From Piromyces finnis finn (lineage: Eukaryota > Fungi > Neocallimastigomycota), in contig MCFH01000014.1 in the NCBI GenBank assembly GCA_002104945.1, forward strand, positions 62,001-126,000: a stretch of 64,000 bases of DNA. Reading direction: 5' to 3'. This document shows positions 37,762 through 50,023 of this stretch, piece by piece (position 1 is the stretch's first letter; each line of letters starts with the position of its first letter). The notes under the pieces are model-generated. The model was given only the letters and a program-made list of their open reading frames with translations, had not been told where the DNA came from and did no database searches. Both the position numbers and the translations under genes were made by a program.

Positions 37762-38827
37762 TTTTTTTTTATAAATCATCTTCCTTAATAATGTATATAA
37801 AGCTAAAATTTAGTTTCTTTTATTTATTTATTAATAGAAATATAAATATCTATATATATTTATCAACAATTTTTTTTAAAATTTAATAAAATACAAGTTA
37901 TAACTTTTTTTAAAAAACGTTATTTACATTTATGCATTATTACTCTACCTAAAAAAATCACTTGCTTAAATAGTATCATGGACGTACTTTTTTTTTATTT
38001 ATATAGAGATAGATTTATAATAATAAACATAAACATAATAATAATATTTATTAATAAACAAATCTTTTGTTTATAAACCTCTAAATATTTTTATCAAGTA
38101 TTTATTAATTACCAACTATTCTTTTTTTCTTTTCTATTTCTTTCAACTATTTAATACTACTAAAACTATGATTGAAAATATTTCTTTTATCGTTTGTTTG
38201 TTGTTGCTACTACTGCTACTACTGTACTTGTTGTTGTTGTTCGTCGTTGCTGTTTGACGGTTGTTGTTGGTAGTTACCTTTTTCATTTATGATTTATACT
38301 GTCAATACTTATCTTTTTGATCATTTTGTTATATGCATTTAATATATTAATTAAATATATTATTATATTATTTAATTTCTATTACTTTATTTAAATAGTG
38401 AATCTCTTTTTTTTTTTATTGAAAATATTATCCTATCATATATTAAAATAGATTAGAATAAATTATAAATAAATAATAAATTAAAATTATTAATTTATAA
38501 AATTAAATTTTTTTGTGATAAGCAATGAAAATTCTTGAAAGAAATTTTTGTAGGAAAATGAATTAATCTATCAAATCAAAATCATTTAACGTCGTACAAA
38601 AAATTTGATGACTATAAAGATAAAAAAGAAAAGATTCATCTTTTGGTAAAAAAAAAATTTGTTCTTTAAAAAAGGAAAAAAGAAAGAAATAATAATAAAA
38701 AAAAAAGAAGATTTGGTATAATAATATTAGAAAAGCAGTTTAAAAAAAACCTCACACACACACACACCTTTATTCTATTTAAAATAAAAATAAATAATAA
38801 TAAAAATAACATTTATAATAAACCAAA

Positions 38828-39904
38828 ATGAAATTCATATATAATTCTATTTTATTCATTGTCACCTTATTAAATATATTTAATATGGCAAATGCTCAAA
38901 AAATATATGAATGTGTTCAAAATAATACCATTGCTCTTACTGTAAGTTTTTTTTATTCATATTATTTAAAAACTAATACCAAATTAATAAACAGATAAAT
39001 AGATAAATAAATAGATAAATAAGTAAATAAATAGATAAATAAGTAAATAAATAAATATTTTTAAAAAGGACACATAATAACTTATATTATTATTTCCAAA
39101 TTTTAAATTTAATAATAGTATGATGATGGACCATTTGAATTTTCCAAGCAATTAGTTGATTATCTTACTACTAAACCAGATGTTAAAGTTACCTTTTTCG
39201 CTGTAGGTAAATTTCATTACCCATTTGCCATTGATACTCAAGAATATCAAGATGTAATGAAAAAAGCTCATGATGTTGGATATCAAATTGCTTCTCATAC
39301 TTTTGAACATAAATTATATATTAATGATACCGATTTAATGAGAGACGCTTTAACTAAGCAAGATGATTTTATTGAAAAAGTTACCGGAGATCGTCCAAAA
39401 TACTTTAGAGCTCCAAAGGGAGATTGTGGTGAGGAATGTCAAAGTACTCTTGAAAGCTGGGGTTATAAAACTATTCAATGGGATACTGATACTTTAGACT
39501 GGGATCTTGAAGGTGCAGGTTCCCAAGAAAAAAGAGCTGAAGAATCTATTCAATATTTACAATCTGAATTCGCTAAAGAAAAAAGTAGTTATCTTATTTT
39601 AATGCACGATACTGAAAATGCTACTGTATCCGACATTACCCCATGGATTATCGAAAAGAGTGGAATGAAAGAAAAGGGTTACCGTTTTGTCACTGTTGCT
39701 GAATGTCTTGGTGATAAAAATGGAATGTATGTTTCTGGTAAGGTTTATGGTGACGAAGAAGAAAAGAAAAAGGAAGAAGCTAAAATAAAATCTGAAGAAA
39801 TAGCAAAAACTGCTGCTATCCATTCAGGTGTTGAATATTCAACAAAATTAACTTCTTTTATTACCTTGATCGTTGCTATAACCTTTATTTCCTTAATATA
39901 TTAA
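38828..39904 (+). CDS. CE4 deacetylase, GPI-type, copy 4; exons 38828-38941, 39119-39904
   Basis: Signal peptide, T|YDDGP, SHTFEH, FRAPK, DTLDW, LMHD, hydrophobic tail. Confidence 0.93.
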
Positions 39905-40564
39905 TTCTGGAAATAAAAAAAGAATATTAACCCCTCTTTTTTAATATTTTTTCATTGAAATTGAAATTAAGAAAAATTGAAATAATTTTTTTATACTTTT
40001 CAGATTCAAAATATATATTATTATACCTTTACCATTATAATTATAATTTGAAACTATAACAAAAAAAAAAAAAAAAAAAAAACTATTGAAACAAAAATAG
40101 CTTTTTTTTTTTTTTTTTTAATGATTATGAAATATTATTTATTATTATAAAAGAAATATATATACAAATTATTTAGACTTTAAATATTATGAAAAAAAAA
40201 AAAACACCAATTTTCACACCACTTTTTTTTAACCACTTCTTTTATAGTAAATATATATATATAAATGGTTTATTAAAATGGTGATTTTTTTTTTTTCCCA
40301 ACTCATCATAATTATCTTATTAAATAATGTTAACTCTATCATTTATCCCTTTTATGTAAAAAAATAAATAATTCATTATTATCTTATTATATATTTTTAT
40401 AAAAAAAAAAAAAAAAAAAAAGAAAAAATTATCATAGTTATTAAAATATTTAAATGATCTATATCTATATGTATGAATAAAGAAAAAAAAAAGAATACAA
40501 AAATCATTATATTATTAAATAAAAAGATTATTAAAGACCCATTCATTCTCTATTGACACTTTAT

Positions 40565-40568
<4 letters not shown>

Positions 40569-40610
<42 letters not shown>

Positions 40611-43600
40611 GGCATCAAATATTTTAAACTTTATTATTAATTTAATTAAAATTAGAATACATGTAATAAAAAAATTAAAATTAAAATAAAAATAAAAAAA
40701 AATATGTTTAAATAAACACAAATGAATAAAAATTGGGTATAATGTATTCTAGTAATTTTAATTAAAGTAAGAAAGCCACTATCATACTAAAGTATAATAA
40801 TTGTATTTGACTTCCAATGGGACACCGAGCCAAAGATCAAAATTTTATCATGGAACAAAATTATGATCTCCATTGGTTGCGCTGGCCCTCCTGGCCTGTC
40901 TTACTGTTTCTTCAGCATTGACGCTCTTGGATGTTGCTTCAAACCTTTTGAACATTGACCATTGCTGGCCAATAGCAAAAGGCATGATTTTGGTTAGAAG
41001 TTCCGCGGTTACCGTCAAGAATGGTGTTCCTTCGTTAGTACCAGATTGAATCTGACGCTTACAAAGTTCTTTCCATTCCCTTGAATTGTAATTGATATTG
41101 TTAAAACTTCTTCCCCCAAGAAGGAATTTAAATATTTTACTGCACACACTAGAATAATCATACACATTAATATTCACCGGATTATTAGAACTATTACTAT
41201 CATTAACTAAATTACTATCTAAATTAGAATTATTATCTTCACTATTGCTATCATTACTAATATTATTATTTCTATTATTGTTATTATTACTATTGTTATT
41301 ATTACTATTTCTATTACTACTATTGTTATTATTACTATTGTTACTATTACTATTGTTACTATTACTATTGTTATTACTACTATTGTTATTATTACTATTA
41401 ATGTTATTACTATCTCTACTGATATTATCAATTTCATTATTATTGATAGGACTATTGGAATTACGTTGACTGAAAAAATTTAATAGCTGGACTATGGAAT
41501 CATAATGTTTAATACGGATATTTCTAAATGTTGGACAATCTAATAACCAATGTTTAATACTTTGATCTCCACACTTGCAACATGGACAGTAGTTAGGACA
41601 AACTGGATCAACAAATTTAGCAGCTTTGGCAACTCTAGCATCCAACTTGTATCCGCTTCTTGCTTTCAATAGCCAGTATAAGCCATAGGCAAACTCTGGG
41701 TATTCATAACATAATTTAATGAAATCTTTAGTTTCAATAAATTTATTATCATCATAATATTGCGCTTTGATTGAATTCCCTTTGAGATCTTTCCAATAAA
41801 AGTTTTTAACTGCTTTAACATCTCCATGTTTCTTTAGTTTTTTATCAAGTGTCCTACTTGATTTGCACCACGTGTATTTTCTAAATTTAGGAATGTAATT
41901 GACAAGGTGTGAGATAATACAATTTGAGTTTTTCCATTTGTTAAAACATCTAACCTGAGCTAACGCACATTTGGCTGACAATGGAGGAATATTCAAATCT
42001 TTTGAAATAGAGTATAAAGATATAAACGATACAGCTTTATGAACTCCGGCAACCCATCGTATTCCTTTGTTAACATGCTTCTGAGCAATCCTAGACCTAG
42101 CTTTGTTGGATCCAAGTAATGGTGCAAAGTATGAAACTCTGCTACTGCTAATCACTTGTGAGTTAAGTACTAGCTTTTTGAAGGGAATAGGAATATTAGG
42201 ATTTCTTAAGAATTTACTGACTGAAAAAAGTCCTTTCAAAACTTTGTTATTAAGAGTTTTAATAACTGGTTTAAGGGACAGATTCTTATCAAATGGAACA
42301 CCAAGATAAGTATAACAATCAGTAGTTGGAATGGGTTGTCCTGCTAAGTAAAATGTTGGATCTCTCTTGTTCTGATTTTCTATTGATTCAGGACGAATCA
42401 CCATCGTTGAACATTTCTGGATACCAAATTCCATTTCATTATACAAGGCCCATTCATTAACTCTTCTTAGCATCTTTTTTAAGTATCCTCTTGTTGGAGC
42501 ACAAATAACTATATCATCTGCAAAAAGTCCACCACAGCATTGAGTGTCACCTAAACTGACTCCTAGATCTTCTCACTCTTTAAATATATCATTAATAAAG
42601 AGATTAAAGAGAATAGGAGAAAGAGGGCAACCTTGACGGACTCCTTTCTTCACATCAAAAGATTTCGAGAATTGTCCATTTAATTTGACATTAGCCTTAG
42701 ATGTTAAATATAAATTTTTAATGAATTGTAAACTCTTACCTCGGATTCCTAAACAATCTAATTTATGGAGAATATTACCGATTGGGACTGAATCGTATGC
42801 TTTCCTGAGATCTAAAAAGGCCAAATATGTCTCTTTATTATCTAATTGACGTCTACGACATATTTCTTGGATTGAAATGAAAAGACTGATACTTTCTTCC
42901 TTTTTTCGAAAACCAAATTGTTCAGGTCTAATGAAATTATTCTTTAAACCATATTCTGAGATTCTAGTGGTGACAATTTTGGAAATCAACTTAATACCAT
43001 TATTGATAAGTGATATACCTCGATAGTTATCACAATCTGTCAAATCTCCCTTCTTAGGAATAGAAACAATACTGGATTCATTCCATGAGTTGGGAAAGTC
43101 TCCATCCCAAATACGATTGAATAATTTAAGAATAAAATTTAAACCATGAGCATCATTATCTGAAGTGGTATTACCGGAAGAATTATTATCTGTAGCATTA
43201 TTAGAATCATTACTTGATGGAATTAATGCTTTGTAAAATTCAATTGGAATACCATCCGGACCTGATGCTTTATAATTTGGAGTAGAGAGGATAGCTGACT
43301 TGACTTCATCAATACTAATATCTTGGTTGATATCCCATTCATCAAGCATAGGAAGTGAAAAACGTTTATTCGTTGGTTCTTCATACCAATGCTCCAAATC
43401 AAGACTTACACCACTTGGATCTGATGCAAGGTTTTCGAAATGATCATGCCACACTTCAAGTTGTTCTTCCGTAGCAACAACTAATTCTCCATTTTTATTT
43501 TTAATTGGTTGAGCAATAAAGAAAGAATCTTTTCCAATTTTTGCAGTTTTCTTGATCCATTTCCAGGCCTTCTTAGGATTATGACTCTTCATATACTCAC

Positions 43601-43721
43601 ATCCTGTTTTAATCCAATGAAGATATTCTTGCTTCCTAAATTCATTACATCTTTTGTGGATGTAATCAATGAGCTTACGGTAGATTTTAATTCTTTTAAT
43701 AAATTCATCTATATCATAAAT
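40569..43721 (-). mobile_element. 5'-truncated non-LTR retrotransposon (LINE); probable poly(A) tail at 40569-40607
   Basis: RT ORF2 remnant. The open frame begins at about 43721 with no endonuclease domain. T39 tract about 240 bp past the stop codon. No TSD found, so the tail assignment is less certain. Confidence 0.9.
40848..43721 (-). pseudogene. LINE ORF2 (reverse transcriptase plus C-terminal CCHC zinc knuckle) with one in-frame TGA at 42575-42573
   Basis: KASGPDGIP, YRGISL, EQFGFR, LDLRKAYDSV, GVRQGCPLSPILFNLFIN, then KE*EDLG...GLFADD in the same frame as the 42473-40848 ORF. CPCCKCGDQSIKHWLLDC knuckle. Confidence 0.92.
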
Positions 43722-44238
43722 TCATTCCTACATACAACAAGTAATAATTTGTGTGTGGGTGTATAATTTATTTTAATTTTTATTTTCAAAAGAAGAAAAC
43801 AAAAAATCATTATTATAAAAAATTAAAGACACATTTATTTTATAGTACCTACATACAACATTTATGTGTGTGGGGTGTAGGTTTTTTTTTATTTTTATTT
43901 ATTTTTTTTCATTTTTAAATTTAATAAATATTATTATAGTAATAATAATAATAATAAAAAACTGTTATAGTTTTACTTACAATGGTACTTTTATCCTTTT
44001 TTTTTTTTTTTTTTTTAAAAAAAAATAGAAAAATATATATACTTATATTTATCACAAATTCAACTTTTTTTTTTTTTTTTTTTTTAAAAAAAATGATATT
44101 TAAATATATATACAATTATTTTTATTTATTTAGTTATAAAATAAAAATTTTTTTTTTCTACTTTCTTTTTTTGTTTTAGTCATCTAATCTATTTATTTAT
44201 CTATCGGGAAATATCACATTTCTCAACTCTTCCTTCAT

Positions 44239-45787
44239 CTAATATAAAGCATTTCTATAAACTAATAATCCACAAATTATAAATGTTAATAAACTTGGAA
44301 GGGAAGAAGAAGCTATACTTCCAGAATTAGCATCAGTATTAGCAGTATTGGCCATTAAAGAAACATTTTCATTATTGGATGGAACAACATTATTTACAGT
44401 GGAAGAGGCAGCATTTTCAGTACCAACAGCATTACCAGTGGCAACATTAGTTTCTGTACCAACGGCATTTCCATTAGCAACAGCATTTCCAGTTGGAGCT
44501 ACAGCATTATCTAAATTACCACTTTCTGTATTAGTGGTGGTAGTGGTAGTAGTACTGGTATTTGGAGCGTTAGAAATAACATTAGTGTTGGCAGCTGCGA
44601 TAGTTTTAGTAATGGTTACTTGCTTGGTAAGTGTAGTTGTGGCCTTAACAACAATAGAAGTCTTGGTAGTAGCTTTGGAAGTAGTTTTAGTTTTACTACT
44701 TGAGCTTGATCCAGAAGAAGATGATGAAGAAGAGGAAGAAGAAGAAGAGGAGGAAGAAGATTCTCTGTACATTTTTGATTTTTCTCCTAAACATTCAGCA
44801 ACAGTAACAAATTTATATTTATTTAACATTCCAGAATTTACAATCCATGGAACAGTTTCTTTAACGGTATGTTCCATAGAATCATGCATTAAAACAAGAT
44901 AATTACTACTTTTCTTATTAAAGAATTCCTTTAATGTTTTAATAGAAGTACTGGAACTGGATTTCCAATCTTCTGTATCGACTTCCCATTTAATGATACG
45001 GTAGCCCATACCTTCAATAGTTTTAACACAACTATCGCCACAATTACCACCTGGAGCTCTGAAATATCTTGGAGTGACACCAATAACAGATTTGATGAAA
45101 CTGTCCATTTTATTTAAAGATTTTTTCAATTCAGAGGTACTTGATTCAATAAGGTGATAGTAGGTGTGGGAAGCAATTTGATGACCAGATTTATAGGCCT
45201 TTTTAATAGCTTCTTGAGCTTCCTTTGATTCATCAGCATAAGGATGATAATTGTGAGCATTTATAAAGAAAGTAGCTTTAATATTATTCTTATTAAGTGT
45301 ATCAATTAAACTACTAGTATATTTTGTTGGTCCATCATCAAACTTTTTTTAACACATATATTGATACATCGAATCGACACATTGGTATATTGAAAGTGTT
45401 GATATATATATTTAAAATATATGAAATAATACAATAATATTAGAATATAGGTTATTTATAAATGTTCATTATTTAATATATAGTCATTTCAAAATCAAGG
45501 TATAGTTTGATGAAGTCATTTCCAAAAATTGTTTATATAATTTTTATTATTATTAAAAGTGGTATTTTCATTTAAAAATTAATATTTTTAAAAATTGTTA
45601 GTTAGTAACCTGACTTTTAGAAATAAATAAATATCTATATCTATGTGTATATATATTATCATTTCAAAATAATTATATTTACAGTAAGAGCAACAGTGTT
45701 TGGAGCTGTACAAGTGTAAATTTGAGCACTGTGTGCTAATGAAACGGAAGCAAGAATGCTAAGTAATTTTACAGATAATTTTACCAT
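44239..45787 (-). CDS. CE4 deacetylase, GPI-type with Ser/Thr-rich stalk, copy 5 (divergent, inverted); exons 45787-45683, 45342-44239
   Basis: Signal peptide, T|FDDGP, SHTYYH, FRAPGG, DTEDW, LMHD, poly-Ser/Thr linker, hydrophobic tail. Confidence 0.93.
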
Positions 45788-47316
45788 TGTTTCTCTTTTT
45801 TTTTTTTTTTATTATTTATTTTATTTTATTTTATTTTTTTTTATTATATATAACAAATATATATTATAATAATAACGATATTTTATTTATTTATAAAATA
45901 TAGAAAAGATTATATATATACTATCTATATATAAATATATATATATATTTTTTTTTAAAAGTGAACTTTTTTTACAAATTAATATTTTTTTTTTAAAGAG
46001 AAAAAGAAAGGAATTTTTTTTTTTCTTTTTTTTTCAATGACACTTTGTTTTATATTTTAAAAGATATAAAAAATTAAAAAACTTTTTATTTATAATTTAT
46101 TATTATTTCCTATCATTTTATAAATGGATTTAATTTAAAAGAATTTTAATTTTTTTTTTCATGTCAAATGTTAATAAAAAATTTTTTTTATAATTTAAAT
46201 TAAAAATAATATTGAAAATATTAAATCATTTAATATTAATATATTATCAAATTAAAATTTAATTTAATCTTATAATAAAATTAATATTATGTTACATTAT
46301 TAAACATGAGTACAATATTAATGTGCATTCAATTAATGTTACACAACAAACCTTATATTTATAGAATAAAATTAAAGTTTTATTTTTATGATAAACCTGT
46401 TCAAATTTTGTGACACCAACAACACTTTTTTTATCCAATTAAATTCGAGATATAAATCTAAATTTTTAAAAAAAAATTGATTAATTATTAATAAAAATGT
46501 GGAAAATTTTGATATTTTTTTGTAAAAGAAAAAAAAAGATTATAATTTCAATATTTATTTATAATTAGATTTCATTTTTTTTTTTTTTATAATACTACAC
46601 TTTAAAAGAAATACTACAAATAATAAAAAAGAACTAGATTATCAAAAAATTCATTTCATTTATTTCAATAAGAATTAATAAAAGATGGCTTCATTTATTT
46701 TTTCTATTTTTATTGATTAAAATTATTAATTTTTAATTACTACTTATATTTTCATATTAAAATGATTTTTTTTTTTTAATTACAATTAAATCTTTATAGT
46801 TTTTCATTTATTTTTGAATCATTAAAATAACCAATAAATAAATTATTAATTTATGCTTTTTATATTATTTTTCATTCTAGACTTTCATTTATACATTTAC
46901 TATTATTATCTTTTTATTATTAATAGAATATAAATAATTTAGTTTTAAAAATTATCATTATCTTGATATAAAATTATAAAAGAAAAAAGAAAAAAATAAA
47001 TATAAATTAATTAGAAAATCTATTTTTAAAATATTTAATAGGCATATATTAATTAAATTTAGAATATTCTTTTATTCTTTTTAGCCATAAAAATGTAAAA
47101 AATCTTGGTATCCAAAGAAAATTCTTTATTTATTTTCTATTGACATTTGTATATATTGTTATTAATAATAACCATAAAACTATAAATTTTTCCATAAAAA
47201 TTTGATTTTTTGTGGTTATATTAATTAAAGAAATTCTTTACAAATAACACCAATCAATGATAACTATTATGTATTTTATAAAAATTCTAATAATATTCTA
47301 CTTTAATGTTAAACAA

Positions 47317-47396
47317 CCAACACTTACTAATGATATTCTGTTTAAATGCTAAAATACCCAACACTTACTAATGATATTCTGCTTAAATGTTAAAAT
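47317..47396. repeat. Two copies of an approximately 41-bp unit
   Basis: CCAACACTTACTAATGATATTCTG(T/C)TTAAATG(C/T)TAAAAT at 47317 and 47358. Confidence 0.9.
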
Positions 47397-47554
47397 GAAT
47401 AAAATATCATTAAATATTATTATATCGTAATTAATTACGTATTTTTACACTATATTATTTTAATATAGCATTTAATTACATTTTTTTTGCACTGTATTAT
47501 AATACAATAATTATATAGGATAATTTAAAATTAACAAAAAGGGAATTTTTAGCC

Positions 47555-50023
47555 TTAACTTTCCCATAATTTTGATAAAAGAATGTGAATGGGTTCAAAA
47601 TTTAAGCCAGTTTCTTGTTTTTCATTTATTATCTTATAAACCTCATCCAAGGATAATAATAAACAACATGTATGAACAATAAGTTTTTCTAATTGATAGG
47701 CTTTTTCATTATAGTTCATAATCACCTCTTTATCATGTATAATTTCTTTAATGTACTTTATGACAGGATCTGTCTTTAATTCATGAATCTCAACTTGTTC
47801 TTCTAAAAGCTGGAAAAGTCTCTTTTGTATTATCCTTTGTTTTACATCCCCGTAGGTTTCTTCGGCATCTTGTTCAATTCCTTTGGTATAATAGGAGGAA
47901 TAATAAGCCATGGTGGAGATAATACTACGCAATATTTCATAAATTTTATCTTGATTTGGAATCTTTGGATTAATATCAATTTTATTTTCTTCATTTTTTA
48001 ATAACTCAAAATGATTTAATAAAACAGATTGTACAACTAATTTTGTATTATTATTTTTTAGATTGATTAAATTAGAGTAGAGTTCTTGAACAAAATATTT
48101 TATTTCTTGAGCTATCCACTTTAAAATTTTCCATCCAGTTTCCTTGGGTATACAGTGAATAATTAAACACTTGACTATTGTATTAATGTCATATTTATCA
48201 TTTGGATGAAAAAATAATTGATGAAGATGGGTTCTTTGATGATTTTGAATGTAACAATTTATTATTTGAAAGGATATTTCAATGGTATCGAATAGAATTG
48301 AATCTTCTTCATCATCTTCATCATCATTATTATCGTTACTAAAAGGTTCAAATTCTTTATTTTTATTCGGTATTTCGTTAAAGGTTAAATGAATCCATTC
48401 TAAAATTAATACAATGATATTGTGTTGAATGATGTCATCGGTCATTAATAAATTATTATTTTTTAAAAGGGTATAGACTATTTTTAATAGAGAAAGAATG
48501 ACTTCCATTTTTGATTCAAAAGTTTCAAAAAAAATTCTACATGAATGATAAACATTATTTTGCTCATCTTCCTCTTGTGTCTTTTCCGGTACAACTGAAT
48601 TTTTATTTTTATCTACTATCCCGTTCTTTTTCCTTTTTTCCCGATTTAAGTAATTAATATTTTTATGTAGGAATTGTAAAAGAAGATCGACATTATTTTT
48701 AAAGATATCCAAGTGATATTGTGCATTTTTAATTTTTTCATTTTCATCTTTATTTAAAATGTCTTGGTCCGCAATATAGAAAATGGTATATTCTTTTAAA
48801 AATACAGTTGAATATAAAAGATATATAATGTCCAATACCTCTTTTAATAAGTTGTTATGAAGAGAATTTTCTAGTATAAAAAAGATCTTCTTATCGACAG
48901 CATAGGTTTGAAAACATTTAAAAAAAGCTTTATGAAATTTTAGACCTCTGTCTTTTTGATCCTTTTCTTTGTCTAAATAGTTCAGTTTACAAAAACCAAG
49001 AATTAAATTTTTTATTATACGACAACAGGAAAAAAGAACTTCAGGATCCATTGAAGTGGAAAAAGTCATTCCTATAATAGTAATCAAAACTTCATTTTCA
49101 TAGAGTGAATGATATAAAGATTCAAAACAAGCAATATTTCCTAATATTCCTAAACAAAGTTCTTGCGTTCTCTCCATTTTTGTAATTGTCATTAATTTTA
49201 AGAAAATAGAAATAGAAGACTCTATACAATTTACTACTAACTTTGCATTTTCCTCCTGACAAGTGATATCCCATAGGAAACATAAAATTTTTTGTAATTC
49301 ATTATCATCATCTTTTTTTTTTTTAATTATGCATTTGAAATTATAGTTTAAATTATTCGTTATCATTAAAAATTTATAATTATAAAAATTTATTTTGTAA
49401 ATATTCACGTTATTTTTTTTATTAAAAATTATGAAAAAAAAAAAAAAATAAAATAAAATAAATACCATTACTACAATCGTCATCTACTTTATCTTGTTCA
49501 ATTAGGTTAATTATTGTTTTAAAGAATACAATAATTTGTTGATACAAGTGATACAATTCGTCATCGTTATCGTTCATTTCATTGTTTTTATTGTTATAAG
49601 AATCAAAATTTGAATAATTTTCATTTTCATTTGAAATTGGAAACTGACTTTTTAAAGAAATACTTTCATTTACACTATTGTCATAATTTGGAGGAGGTGA
49701 AGGATTTCTGTAACTTTTTTCATCTTCTGACTTTTTTTTTTTAAAAAAAAAAAGAAATATATATATAATTTATTAGACCTTATTGTTTTTTTTATTATTC
49801 TATAAAAAAAGTATACAATGCTCAAATTTAAAATGTATTTTTTTTTTTTAATTTTACTGTTTTTTTATATATATATAAAATTTTTCATAATGAGAGTTTT
49901 TCTATAAAAAAAACCATTAATAATTATTATATCTTTTCTTTTTTTTTAATTCAAAATGTATAAACCTTTTATTCTTTTTAGTAATATTTCAAAACACCAT
50001 TCCTTCTTTTCACTACTTACCAT
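47555..50023 (-). CDS. SAAL1: SAAL1-like armadillo-fold protein; exons 50023-50021 (ATG only), 49730-49472, 49311-47555
   Basis: Spliced MSEDEKSYRNPSPPP...LCFLWDIT...QELCLGILGNIACF...DPEVLFSCCRII resembles human SAAL1 (RNPSPPP, RVWDMS, EICVGILGNMACF, DPPTLLETSRLL) as recalled. Confidence 0.75.

Noticed and set aside
38168-38286. Short ORFs over a GTT/CTA-type repeat (29-aa poly-Leu on plus, 46-aa Asn/Ser-rich on minus)
   Set aside because: Microsatellite-derived, with no splice context or recognisable homology.
41219-41469. Poly-Leu and Ile/Val ORFs (41219-41437, 41245-41469)
   Set aside because: These are alternative-frame or antisense readings of the Asn-repeat in the LINE ORF.
40530-43760. 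Target-site duplication for the LINE
   Set aside because: The sequence left of the T39 tract (…CACTTTATGCCA) does not recur at the 5' junction; only weak AT-rich matches were found.
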